Positions 37,706-46,880 of a stretch of 64,000 nt of DNA are shown in pieces. The DNA is from Roseovarius sp. (GTDB lineage Bacteria; Pseudomonadota; Alphaproteobacteria; Rhodobacterales; Rhodobacteraceae), in assembly GCF_048262375.1 (NCBI RefSeq), contig NZ_JBLXFE010000017.1:581-64580 (forward strand), given 5' to 3'. The translations under genes and the position numbers were made by a program. Each line of letters starts with the position of its first letter. Position 1 is the first letter of the stretch. The notes under the pieces were generated by a model. The model did no database searches. It saw only the letters and a list, made by a program, of their open reading frames with translations, and was not told the origin of the DNA.

Positions 37706-38636
37706 TTGCACTGTCTGATAAAAAAGTGGCGTGCGGGGCATAACGGCTGACATGGCGGTCAGAACGGCCTCATGTCCGAGCGAACTCCGGGTTTGCAGGG
37801 CGCGGGGTCACTATGGGTGATCAGTGGCGCGTGTGCAGGTCAGACAGGGGGGGCATGCAGAGGGCAGCATCGGCCGGGGTGATTCAGACAGTGCCGCGCA
37901 GGTGGCGCAAAAAGCACGCCGGGATCGCAGATTCAGCGTGTCTCGTGAACATGTTACGGCTTGGAAACCAATTGTTACATCAAGAGCGAGATGTTGCCGA
38001 CGTGGTTTTGCAAGGGTTTCGGGCGGCATTCCCCCGCCTCACACAAGGCGCAGCGGTACTGTTTTGGCAGAGAATGCGCAAGATGATCTGCGGCACTCTG
38101 CCGGGGCGGTTCGTGTGACGTCATCCTGAAAACTGGCCCTGATGCCATCCTTGGTCAGAGGGCTGCGGCCGTAAATCCCAGTTTCCGGGCGGCGATTGAG
38201 GGCGCAATGCCTCTGGCAGCTCCTTTAATCGTTGCATAGCAAGCTGTTTTAAAACCATTTTTTGTCAATCATTGCGAAAAATATCCGCAACCGGATATGA
38301 AATCCCGCACGGGCAGAGAACGTAACGATGCGTCGCATGGGTCTCGGCGTCCACCGCCATGTCCGCCGCGGTTTGGGAGAGGCAAAGCCGAAGCATCCAT
38401 TGCGGGTGCGACAATGGCGCTGGTGAACGCCTCGCACGGAAACTGCGAAACAATGTCCGATTGGATCGCGCCCAGCAGAATCGGGCCATTTTACGGCTCG
38501 GAATGGCCCATGCCCGACCTGTGCCACACTCTTGACGTGAAACGCTAGCTTGTGCCAGTAGAGGCCCAGTTACAATATACTTGGTATGACTAAGCTCAAA
38601 CCGAAAGCATTCGGAACCGAAATAAGGATAATTGAG

Positions 38637-40445
38637 ATGCAGGCGACAGGCAGTTCGCAACCCCTCGCGTTGCGGCGGGCAGACTTCCCGACTCTTATTG
38701 AGGCTCTCGACTATGCAGCCAAGGGTGAGACCGGGGTCAATTTCTATAACGCCCGCGGAGAACTGTACGCAAGCTCCACCTATGCCGATCTTCAGGCTGA
38801 TGTGATCGAACTTGCACATCGTCTTCTGAGCTTGGGTGTCGAGCCGGGTGGGCGGGTTGGCCTTGTTGCAGAAACCTCACCGCATTTCGTACGGTTCTTC
38901 TGGGCCTGCCAGTATGCCGGGCTTGTTCCGGTTCCGTTGCCCGCCACGATGCACATTGGGGGCCATGCGGGCTATGTCGCGCAATTGCGGGGGCTGATCC
39001 AAAACTGTGGTGCGACGGTTGCGATGGCCCCGACCGAGTGGATGAGCTTTCTTGAGGAAGCCACGGCAGGCTCTGATCTGACCTTTGTTGGCACGCCCGA
39101 GGATTTCGACAGTCTTGCGCCTTCGGCACAAGACCTGCCACCGGTATCGCCCGACAGCATCGCCTATATTCAATATACCTCGGGCAGCACCCGCTTTCCG
39201 CGCGGCGTGGTCATCGACCATGCGACCGTGCTCGCCAACATCAATGATATGGCGACCCACGGGCTCAAGATGAATGACCGGGATCGGTTTGGATCATGGC
39301 TGCCATTTTACCACGATATGGGCCTTGTCGCCTTTATCATGATGCCGATGGCCACTCAGCGTTCCGTCGATTTTCTGGGAACGCAGGATTTCGCCATGCG
39401 TCCGCGCAAATGGCTCGAGATGATGTCGACCAATCAGACAACCATCACCTCCGGACCTCCCTTTGGCTATGATCTCGCCGCGATGCGGGTGCGTCCGAGC
39501 GATGCCGAACAGTGGGATTTGAGCGCGCTGCGCGTTGCCTGCGTCGGTGCTGAAATGATCAATCCCGAGCCGCTGAAACGCTTTGCCGAAGCGCTCGCGC
39601 CGTCGGGGTTCAAATCGACCGCGTTTCTGCCCTGTTACGGCATGGCTGAATGTTCTCTTGGCATCAGCTTTGCCGGTCTGGATGAAGAGTTGAACATCGA
39701 CTATGTCGATGCGGAACAGATGCAGCAAGACAGCGTTGCCCAACCGCTCGATCCGCAGGACGCCGTCAAATCCAAGCGCCGCGTTGCGCGTTATGTGGAT
39801 TGCGGTGCGCTATTGCCCAGCTTTGAAGTGTCGGTTCGTGATGAAAACGGCACGCCGCTTCCTGAACGTCAGGCCGGGGTCATTCATCTGCGCGGTCCAA
39901 GCGTGATGAGCCGGTATTTCCAGGACGAGGCCACCACTCAGGAATGCCTGAGCGCGGATGGCTGGCTCGACACCGGCGATATTGGATACATGGCGGACGG
40001 GCGGCTGTTTTTGACCGGGCGTCAAAAGGACATGATCATCATCCACGGCCGTAACATCTGGCCCGAGGATCTGGAATATCTGGCAAAAACTCAGCCGGGC
40101 GTCAATTACACCGACGCCGCAGCCTTCTCGGTGCCCTCCGAAGTGGACCAGCAGGAAACGGCGGTTCTGGTGGTGCAATGCCGTGAGCGCGACGAGATCA
40201 AGCGCGCGCGTCTGAGCAAAACCATCGCGTCCTTGGTGCGCTCCGAATTCGGTATTGATTGCGTCATCGAACTGGTGCCGACACGCACGTTGCCCCGCAC
40301 ATCTTCGGGCAAGCTGGCACGGGCTCGGGCGCGGCTCGACTTCCTTGACAGACGCCGTGCCGCCAAAATCCAAGTCCAGCCGGAACCTATCGAAAGCCTG
40401 CCTGTAGAGCAGCAGGGCAGGGCGCCGATCCGTTACATCGCATGA
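38637..40445 (+). CDS. Fatty acyl-AMP ligase / acyl-ACP synthetase for sphingolipid synthesis (AasR-like)
   Basis: QYTSGSTRFPRGV, SWLPFYHDMG, CYGMAE, DTGDIG, GRQKDMIIIHGRNIWPEDLE and PRTSSGK. First gene of the aas-epimerase-acp-spt operon. ATG 38637 has an AAGGA RBS; the track start is 38586. Confidence 0.85.
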   Translation: MQATGSSQPLALRRADFPTLIEALDYAAKGETGVNFYNARGELYASSTYADLQADVIELAHRLLSLGVEPGGRVGLVAETSPHFVRFFWACQYAGLVPVPLPATMHIGGHAGYVAQLRGLIQNCGATVAMAPTEWMSFLEEATAGSDLTFVGTPEDFDSLAPSAQDLPPVSPDSIAYIQYTSGSTRFPRGVVIDHATVLANINDMATHGLKMNDRDRFGSWLPFYHDMGLVAFIMMPMATQRSVDFLGTQDFAMRPRKWLEMMSTNQTTITSGPPFGYDLAAMRVRPSDAEQWDLSALRVACVGAEMINPEPLKRFAEALAPSGFKSTAFLPCYGMAECSLGISFAGLDEELNIDYVDAEQMQQDSVAQPLDPQDAVKSKRRVARYVDCGALLPSFEVSVRDENGTPLPERQAGVIHLRGPSVMSRYFQDEATTQECLSADGWLDTGDIGYMADGRLFLTGRQKDMIIIHGRNIWPEDLEYLAKTQPGVNYTDAAAFSVPSEVDQQETAVLVVQCRERDEIKRARLSKTIASLVRSEFGIDCVIELVPTRTLPRTSSGKLARARARLDFLDRRRAAKIQVQPEPIESLPVEQQGRAPIRYIA

Positions 40446-41404
40446 ATGGACCCGTTGCGGTAACGGGTGCATCAGGCTTTGTCGGGCAGGCCCTGATCGG
40501 GCAGCTACTTGCTGCGGGTCGATCGGTGCGCGCGCTGGTTCACCGGCAGCCGCTGACAATCAGCCACCCGGATCTGGAAACGGTTACGGGTGGTTTGTCG
40601 GACGAGCGCGCCGTGGCGCGGTTGCTGGACGGGGCAGGGGCGGTGGTCCATGTCGCAGGACGGGTGCGTGGCCGCACCGATGCCGATTTTCTTGTGGTGA
40701 ATGCCAAGGGCGTGTCTACGGTCGCGCGGGCTGCATTGGCCTCTCAGTCCGTGACCCGGCTGATCCTGATTTCCTCATTGGCCGCGCGCGCGCCGCACCT
40801 GTCGCCCTACGCCGCCAGCAAACGCGCGGGCGAAGACCGGCTGTCGGCGGCAACCATGACCACAGATCTGTCCACGGCCGTATTGCGCCCGCCGGCAGTC
40901 TATGGTCCCGGTGACCGTGAACTGGTGCCGCTCTTTCTGATGATGGCGCGTGGCCTCAGTCCGATGCCAAGCGTACCGAATGCGCGCGCCTCATTGCTGC
41001 ATGTGGATGACCTTGCGCAAGCGATTGTCAAACTTCTGGACAGCACCGCGCAGGGTACTTATGAACTCCACGACGGGCATGGATTGGGGTATAGCTGGGA
41101 CGAGATTGCTACCATCGTCGAAGGCGTCGCAGGGCGGGGTCGCGGCTGGCGTTTCAGGATACCCGAGACCGCACTAAGATCCGTCGCCATGGTCAATATG
41201 CTTGGCGCGCGCCTGTTTGGGTACATGCCGATGCTGACACCCGGCAAGGTTAACGAATTACGCCATCCGGATTGGGTGTGCGACAACACCGAAATTAGCC
41301 GCGCCACAGGCTGGCAGCCGCTGATTCCTCTGGAGGACGGGCTATCTTCTTTGGTTAAGAGGGTGCCGTCGAAATCTGATAAGGGCATATCGAATGTCAC
41401 ATGA
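40442..41404 (+). CDS. NAD(P)-dependent extended SDR, CerR-like ceramide/3-keto reductase
   Basis: TGASGFVG, SSLAA, YAASK (YxxxK) and LRPPAVYGPGD. Overlaps aas upstream and acp downstream. Confidence 0.8.
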   Translation: MNGPVAVTGASGFVGQALIGQLLAAGRSVRALVHRQPLTISHPDLETVTGGLSDERAVARLLDGAGAVVHVAGRVRGRTDADFLVVNAKGVSTVARAALASQSVTRLILISSLAARAPHLSPYAASKRAGEDRLSAATMTTDLSTAVLRPPAVYGPGDRELVPLFLMMARGLSPMPSVPNARASLLHVDDLAQAIVKLLDSTAQGTYELHDGHGLGYSWDEIATIVEGVAGRGRGWRFRIPETALRSVAMVNMLGARLFGYMPMLTPGKVNELRHPDWVCDNTEISRATGWQPLIPLEDGLSSLVKRVPSKSDKGISNVT

Positions 41405-41660
41405 GACCCAAGACCTCGAACAAGAGATCATGCAGACGCTGTTTCAGCGCCTTGCCAAGTTTCCGATCAAATCTGGCGAATTGACCGCAGAAACAAGCCT
41501 TGTGGCCGATATGAGCCTCGACTCGATCAACATGATGGAACTGCTGATGGAGGTGGAAGACACCTTTGACGTCAGTTTCCCGTTGAACATGATGGCCAAT
41601 GTCACCACGGTCCAAAACCTCGCCGATCAAATCAAACAACTCGTTGAAAACAAATCATGA
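41394..41660 (+). CDS. Dedicated acyl carrier protein (AcpR-like)
   Basis: 88 aa acidic protein with LDSINMMEL (phosphopantetheine Ser) and FPLN. Stop overlaps the spt start. Confidence 0.9.
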   Translation: MSHETQDLEQEIMQTLFQRLAKFPIKSGELTAETSLVADMSLDSINMMELLMEVEDTFDVSFPLNMMANVTTVQNLADQIKQLVENKS

Positions 41661-42874
41661 GCATTTCAGAACGCTTCGCCGAACTGGCGCATCTGCGTGA
41701 CGCATTGGGCGCCGTCGAGGCAGACCCGAGCCGGATCGTCATGCAAAAAATCCTGTCCTCAACCGAGGCGGTGATTGGCAACCGTCCCACGATCCTCGTT
41801 GGCACCAACAACTATCTTGGCCTGACCTTTGATCCAACAGTCCTTGAGGCGGCCACGTTGGCCATGCACGAGCAGGGCAGTGGCACCACCGGATCGCGCA
41901 TGGCCAATGGCAGTTTTGCTGGCCATGCCGCTCTAGAGCGCGAATTTGCAGAGTTCTATGGCGTTCCGTCGGCCATGATCTTTTCAACCGGTTACCAGAC
42001 CAACCTTGGCCTTTTGATGGCCATTCTCCGACCGGGCGACAAGGTGGTTCTCGACTCCCACAGCCATGCCTGTATCTATGACGGCTGCCGCATCAGTGGC
42101 GCGGATTTTATGGCTTTCCGGCACAATGATCCCGACGATCTGCGCAAGCGGCTCAGACGCCTCGGAGCCGAGGCCAAAGGCGCGCTCGTGATTGCAGAGG
42201 GACTCTACAGCATGCTGGGTGACGTGGCCCCGCTGGCGGAACTCTGTGCCATTGCCAAGGAATACGGCGCATGGTTCATGGTCGATGAGGCCCATTCCTT
42301 TGGGGTTTATGGTGATAGGGGGCTGGGGCTCTGTGAAGAGGCTGGCATTCTGGATCAGGTCGATTTCATCACCGGCACATTCAGCAAGAGCCTTGCCTCT
42401 CTCGGCGGCTTCTGTGTGAGCCGCCATCCCGAGATGCAATTGCTACGCTATGGCAGCCGCCCGTATATCTTTACTGCCTCATCCAGCCCGGCCAACATCG
42501 CCGCCGCCGATGCCGCGCTCCGGGCGATCCGTACCCGGCCAGAGCTCAAGGCAAAGCTCTGGGCCAATGCCGAACGCCTCTATGACGGCCTGAAGGCCGC
42601 AGGCTATGAGCTGGCCGCCTCGGTCAGCCCGGTTATCGCGGTGCGCGTGCCATCAAGAGAAGAGGGTGCGCGGATATGGAACGCGCTTTTGGCCGAAGGT
42701 GTCTATGTCAATCTGGTATTGCCACCGGCAGCGCCCGAAGGTGAGGCGTTGCTCCGTTGCAGCATGAGTGCCGCGCATAGCTTTGAGCAGATCGACACGA
42801 TTGTGGCGGCGTTCAAGCATGTCTCGGCCAGTGCCGAAATCCCCACCACCAGCCAGAGTGCCGGCGCGCATTAG
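41657..42874 (+). CDS. spt: Serine palmitoyltransferase (bacterial homodimeric type)
   Basis: GTNNYLGLTFDP, GSGTTGSRMANG, FSTGYQTNLG, SHACIYDG, EGLYSMLGDVAPL, DEAHS, GTFSKS (PLP Lys), RPYIFTAS and YVNLVLPPAAPEG..LLRCS. Collinear with my recollection of Sphingomonas SPT, and adjacent to an ACP gene. Confidence 0.88.
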   Translation: MSISERFAELAHLRDALGAVEADPSRIVMQKILSSTEAVIGNRPTILVGTNNYLGLTFDPTVLEAATLAMHEQGSGTTGSRMANGSFAGHAALEREFAEFYGVPSAMIFSTGYQTNLGLLMAILRPGDKVVLDSHSHACIYDGCRISGADFMAFRHNDPDDLRKRLRRLGAEAKGALVIAEGLYSMLGDVAPLAELCAIAKEYGAWFMVDEAHSFGVYGDRGLGLCEEAGILDQVDFITGTFSKSLASLGGFCVSRHPEMQLLRYGSRPYIFTASSSPANIAAADAALRAIRTRPELKAKLWANAERLYDGLKAAGYELAASVSPVIAVRVPSREEGARIWNALLAEGVYVNLVLPPAAPEGEALLRCSMSAAHSFEQIDTIVAAFKHVSASAEIPTTSQSAGAH

Positions 42875-42879
42875 GCATT

Positions 42880-42904
42880 CGGGCCGGGATAAATCCCCGG
42901 CCCG
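42880..42904. terminator. Intercistronic hairpin directly after spt
   Basis: CGGGCCGGG-ATAAATC-CCCGGCCCG (9-bp stem), 8 nt before the next ATG. Confidence 0.55.
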
Positions 42905-42912
42905 TAGACCCC

Positions 42913-43890
42913 ATGACGGTAAGTATGGCAATGGCAATGCAGGCCCCCAAAGACCCCAAGTCGCGAGCAGGGGCAATGCTGGCGCATCTGTCGGACCCGC
43001 ACCTGCCGTTGTCCGGTGGCGTGCCGCTGCGCGCCGTGCTGAACAAGCGCCTGCTTGGCCTCTTGTCGTGGCATTTGAAACGGCACCGCCGCCATCGGCC
43101 TGAAACACTGACTCGGCTGATCGCAGACCTGCGGTGCCAGTCCCCTGATCTGATCGCGGTGACCGGGGATCTGACCAACCTTGGCCTGGACAGTGAATAC
43201 CGCGCGGCCCGCACTTGGCTAGAAGGGCTGGGCGATCCACGCCATGTCATGGTCATTCCCGGCAATCACGAGGCGCTGATTGACGGCGCCTGGGACCGTG
43301 GGGCGGCATCTTGGCAACCCTATTGGCAAGGCGATGAGGCCCTTCGGACCACGGATGTTGCACAGGCCTTTCCCGTCTTGCGCCGACGGGGCCCGCTGGC
43401 CCTGATTGGCACCTCAAGTGCCATTGCCACGCCCTTGGGGTTTGCCTCAGGCGAAATGGGCAAGGCTCAGCTTGATCGGCTTGCTGCCTTGCTACGGCGC
43501 ACCCGCAGCGAGGGGCTGTTTCGGGTGCTCATGATCCATCACCCACCGCTCGACGGGACGGTCGTGGCGCGCAAACATCTGCGCGACGGCGCAGCCCTCC
43601 GAGCCTTGCTGCAAACCGAGGGCGTCGAGCTGGTCCTGCATGGCCACAGCCACAGAAGCCATCAGCAGAGCTTGACAACGCGCGACGGGTCTGTGCCGGT
43701 GATCGGGGTTCCTTCGGCCTCTTCGATGCACCACGAGGCGGCGGCCTATAACCTTTACAATATTGTTCCTACAGATACGGGATGGAGCGTGACCCTCACA
43801 ACCCGACGTTTGGGCGAGGGTCAGAAAATGGAGACGGGTCGATGCGTCAGTTTGACAATACCGCGCCCGCACGCGGCATGCGCGTCATGA
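42913..43890 (+). CDS. Calcineurin-like metallophosphoesterase
   Basis: All five motifs are present: HLSDPH, TGDLTN, PGNHE, HHP and LHGHSH. Confidence 0.9.
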   Translation: MTVSMAMAMQAPKDPKSRAGAMLAHLSDPHLPLSGGVPLRAVLNKRLLGLLSWHLKRHRRHRPETLTRLIADLRCQSPDLIAVTGDLTNLGLDSEYRAARTWLEGLGDPRHVMVIPGNHEALIDGAWDRGAASWQPYWQGDEALRTTDVAQAFPVLRRRGPLALIGTSSAIATPLGFASGEMGKAQLDRLAALLRRTRSEGLFRVLMIHHPPLDGTVVARKHLRDGAALRALLQTEGVELVLHGHSHRSHQQSLTTRDGSVPVIGVPSASSMHHEAAAYNLYNIVPTDTGWSVTLTTRRLGEGQKMETGRCVSLTIPRPHAACAS

Positions 43891-44011
43891 CACGGCCCCT
43901 CGATACCGGTTCAAGACCGATTGCGGCAGGCAGTTTGACCGCATGCCGCAACTACAGGATAACTGTGCATCCGGTGCGCAATTCGTCCGACCAAGACACG
44001 AAAGTCCTCTC

Positions 44012-45715
44012 ATGCGTTTGATGCTGAACCTTTTCCGCGCCTATCCGATGGCCAGTTTCCTCATGGTGCTGGCCCTGTTCTTTTCGGGTTTGGCCGAGGG
44101 GCTGGGTGTTTCCGCGATGCTGCCCATGCTCAAGATCGCGCTCTATTCCGACCAGTCTGCGGCCACGGCGGAACCTCCGGGCGCGATGGAGCAGGTGGTG
44201 CTGGATGCCCTCGCTTGGGCCGGAATTCCCGCCACGCTGGGTGCTTTGCTGATATTGATCGTGGTTGCGGCTTGTTTCAAGGCGGTCTTGCTCTTGGTCG
44301 CACAGCGTCAGGTCGGCTATACCGCCGCGCAGGTCGGAACCGATCTGCGGCTGCAAATCCTGCGCAACATGATGCGCAGCCGCTGGCACTTTTTCCTGCA
44401 CCAGCCGACGGGCAAGCTGACCAACGCGCTCGCAACCGAGGCACAACGCGCGGCAGATGGCTATATGTTCGGTGCCACTGCACTCACCTTCTTCATTCAG
44501 GCGCTTGTGTATGCCTCTGTCGCCGTTTTGATATCGTGGAAGGCGACACTGCTTAGCCTGATTGGCGGGATCGTGATCATCGGACTGTCGCATTTTCTGG
44601 TGCGCATGACCCGCAAGGCGGGCAAGAAACAAACCGATCTGATGGTCTCGTTGATGTCGCATCTGACAGACACCCTGCAATCGGTCAAACCGCTCAAGGC
44701 AATGGCGCGTGAACATCTCGCGGATGAATTGCTGAAGCACGAGACCAACCGGCTGAACAAGGCGCTGCGCCGTCAGGTGCTGGCAAGTGCCGCTCTCAAT
44801 TCCGGTCAGGACCTGATGTTCGTGATGATCATCGCCTTTGGCGTTTATCTGGCCTTGGGCGTCCTCTCGATGGATTTTGCCACCGTGCTCATTCTTGCGG
44901 TGACCTTGGGGCGGGCCTACAATTTTTTAGGCAAGGTTCAAAAACAGTATCAGAAACTCGTCCAATGTGAGAGCGCCTATTGGTCGCTGAAGGAAACCAA
45001 CAGCCGCGCTGAAGCCGAACAAGAGCACCTTGGCGGGCATATAGCACCCGCGCTGAATACCGGAATATCGCTGCGCGACATCGCATTTTCCTATGACGGG
45101 CATTCGGTGTTTGCCGGTCTCGAACTAGACATTCCGGCGCATCAGATCACCACGCTGGTTGGCCCTTCGGGTTCTGGCAAAACCACGGTTATTGATCTTG
45201 TCATCGGTCTGTTGCGGCCCGGTGGCGGGGAAATCACCGTGGATGGCGTTCCGTTTGAGGAAATAGACCTTAAGGCGTGGCGGCGGATGGTGGGATATGT
45301 GCCACAAGAAACCGTGTTGCTCCACGACAGCATCCTTCACAATGTCTCGCTTGGGGACCCCAAGATTTCGACGGCGCGGGTCGAGCAAGCCTTGAAAAAG
45401 GCCGGGGCATGGGAGTTCGTGAACGATCTGCCCGAGGGCGTTCATACTGTAGTCGGAGAACGCGGCGGACGGCTATCCGGTGGACAGCGTCAAAGGGTTG
45501 CCATTGCACGCGCCTTGATCAACGAGCCGCAACTTCTGATCCTTGATGAGGCCACCAGCGCCCTCGATCCAGAGAGCGAGGCCGCAATCATCGAGACCCT
45601 GCGCGCGCTCCGCGAACACCTCACGATCCTTGCGATCACGCATAACAGTAGCCTCTCGGACGCGGCGGATATCGTGCACCGTCTTGCCCCTTCGGCGGGG
45701 ATCAGGGCTGGGTAA
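44012..45715 (+). CDS. ABC exporter half-transporter (TMD+NBD), MsbA/PglK-like lipid or glycolipid flippase
   Basis: Six-TM N-terminal half; GPSGSGKT, LSGGQRQR and LILDEATSALD. Start at ATG 44012 (MRLMLNLFRAYP). Confidence 0.88.
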   Translation: MRLMLNLFRAYPMASFLMVLALFFSGLAEGLGVSAMLPMLKIALYSDQSAATAEPPGAMEQVVLDALAWAGIPATLGALLILIVVAACFKAVLLLVAQRQVGYTAAQVGTDLRLQILRNMMRSRWHFFLHQPTGKLTNALATEAQRAADGYMFGATALTFFIQALVYASVAVLISWKATLLSLIGGIVIIGLSHFLVRMTRKAGKKQTDLMVSLMSHLTDTLQSVKPLKAMAREHLADELLKHETNRLNKALRRQVLASAALNSGQDLMFVMIIAFGVYLALGVLSMDFATVLILAVTLGRAYNFLGKVQKQYQKLVQCESAYWSLKETNSRAEAEQEHLGGHIAPALNTGISLRDIAFSYDGHSVFAGLELDIPAHQITTLVGPSGSGKTTVIDLVIGLLRPGGGEITVDGVPFEEIDLKAWRRMVGYVPQETVLLHDSILHNVSLGDPKISTARVEQALKKAGAWEFVNDLPEGVHTVVGERGGRLSGGQRQRVAIARALINEPQLLILDEATSALDPESEAAIIETLRALREHLTILAITHNSSLSDAADIVHRLAPSAGIRAG

Positions 45716-46880
45716 TCGGCTCTGAGGCCAGCGTCTGCGCGCCCTCCTCGGGCGGCGCCAACCCCATGAGCGCATTGATCCGCGCGACGGCGCGCGCCAT
45801 GTCGCTTGGCGGTGGCGTCCCTTGGGGCGCCGCCACCGGCTCTCCCAGCCAGTTCATTCTGCCCGAACGCACCAGCCTGAGATGCATCTGGCTGATATCG
45901 CGTGACAGATGTTTCCAACCCCATCGCATCAGCCCCCGGTATGCCAAGGCGCCAAGGGTCAAATCGGGCCGGTCCGTGTCCTGTCGGCGCAGGGCCTCCG
46001 CCTGTTGCGTCTCTCCGAGCGCCAACAGCGTATCGCGGCGCATGCTGAAAGAGCCCGCGCTCAGATCGAACATATGCACGGGTTTCCCGGTGGCATAGGC
46101 CTCTGACAACATCGAGATGCTGTCGGCCGTCACGATGATCTCATCGGCGAGGGCGAGAAACCCGAGATAGGGGTTATCTGGATCACCGGGTGTCCAGCGA
46201 TACAGATGCATGGGCACCTCTTGCTGCGCGGCAAAGGCGTCAATCGCTTGGTGCGGGGTTCGCGCGCTCGAGCTGACCAAGAGCGATCCACCACGCTTGC
46301 GCGCCAGATCCAGCGTATCGCGCAAGAGCCGCTGCGCCGCCCGTGAACCAAAGGCATAGGGGCCGCTTGATCCACCGATATTCACGGTCAGATAGGGCCG
46401 CGGCAGATGGGCAAGATCTTGGGCCCAGCGGGCCTTGGCCTCGGCCAGACGACGCGGTCCCAGCGGATGCAGGGGCAGGGCGTTGCGCAGAACATTCGGC
46501 CCGTCGGGGACCCGGTATTGCGGTGTGGTGATCACCAGATCGAACAGCGCTGGATCGGCCCACAGACGTCCCAGAAACACCAGCCGGGTGCGACCGCCCG
46601 ATTGATCGCGGATCCACCGGCACACAGGTTCGTTGCGCATTGCCATGGACAGCACAAGATCGGGCCATGGCGGCGCAAGCGCATCAGAGGCCGGCACATC
46701 GATGCCCCGCAGATCCTTGCCGCGCAACAGGTTGGTGCGCATCTCGAATTTGCGGTATTTGAGGGTTTTGATCTCATAGGGCCAACCCAGCCCGTCGGCC
46801 AAGGCGCGCAATTGGGTTTTCTCGCCCGATCTGTAGGCATCCACCACCCAGACACGCGGGCTCATTATTGGCTCAGACAT
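45702..46880 (-). CDS. ELM1/GtrOC1-family putative glycosyltransferase (paralog 1)
   Basis: RSGEKTQLRALADGLG, AMRNEP, ITTPQY, IGGSSG, SSSARTP, NPYLGFLALADEIIVTADSISMLSEA. Confidence 0.8.
   Translation of the reverse strand: MSEPIMSPRVWVVDAYRSGEKTQLRALADGLGWPYEIKTLKYRKFEMRTNLLRGKDLRGIDVPASDALAPPWPDLVLSMAMRNEPVCRWIRDQSGGRTRLVFLGRLWADPALFDLVITTPQYRVPDGPNVLRNALPLHPLGPRRLAEAKARWAQDLAHLPRPYLTVNIGGSSGPYAFGSRAAQRLLRDTLDLARKRGGSLLVSSSARTPHQAIDAFAAQQEVPMHLYRWTPGDPDNPYLGFLALADEIIVTADSISMLSEAYATGKPVHMFDLSAGSFSMRRDTLLALGETQQAEALRRQDTDRPDLTLGALAYRGLMRWGWKHLSRDISQMHLRLVRSGRMNWLGEPVAAPQGTPPPSDMARAVARINALMGLAPPEEGAQTLASEPITQP

Noticed and set aside
38532-38576. sigma70 promoter for aas (TTGACG at 38532; TACAAT at 38571)
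   Set aside because: The two elements are 33 bp apart, and the alternative -35 TTGTGC gives only a 15-bp spacer. Not confidently assignable.
38265-38819. ORFs 38265-38819(-), 38297-38548(+), 37813-38118 and 37824-38129
   Set aside because: No domain motifs, atypical composition, and one overlaps the aas gene on the opposite strand. Treated as spurious.
41657-42874. Calling the AOS-family enzyme BioF, HemA or Kbl
   Set aside because: The motif pattern (TNNYLGLTFDP, RPYIFTAS, PPA.P.G..LLRCS) and the acp/aas/cerR/bCerS context fit Spt. No bio or hem genes are adjacent. A phylogeny would be decisive.
38637-42874. NRPS/PKS or lipopeptide cluster (FAAL plus ACP)
   Set aside because: There are no KS, C or A-T modules. 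The FAAL-ACP pair is coupled to Spt.
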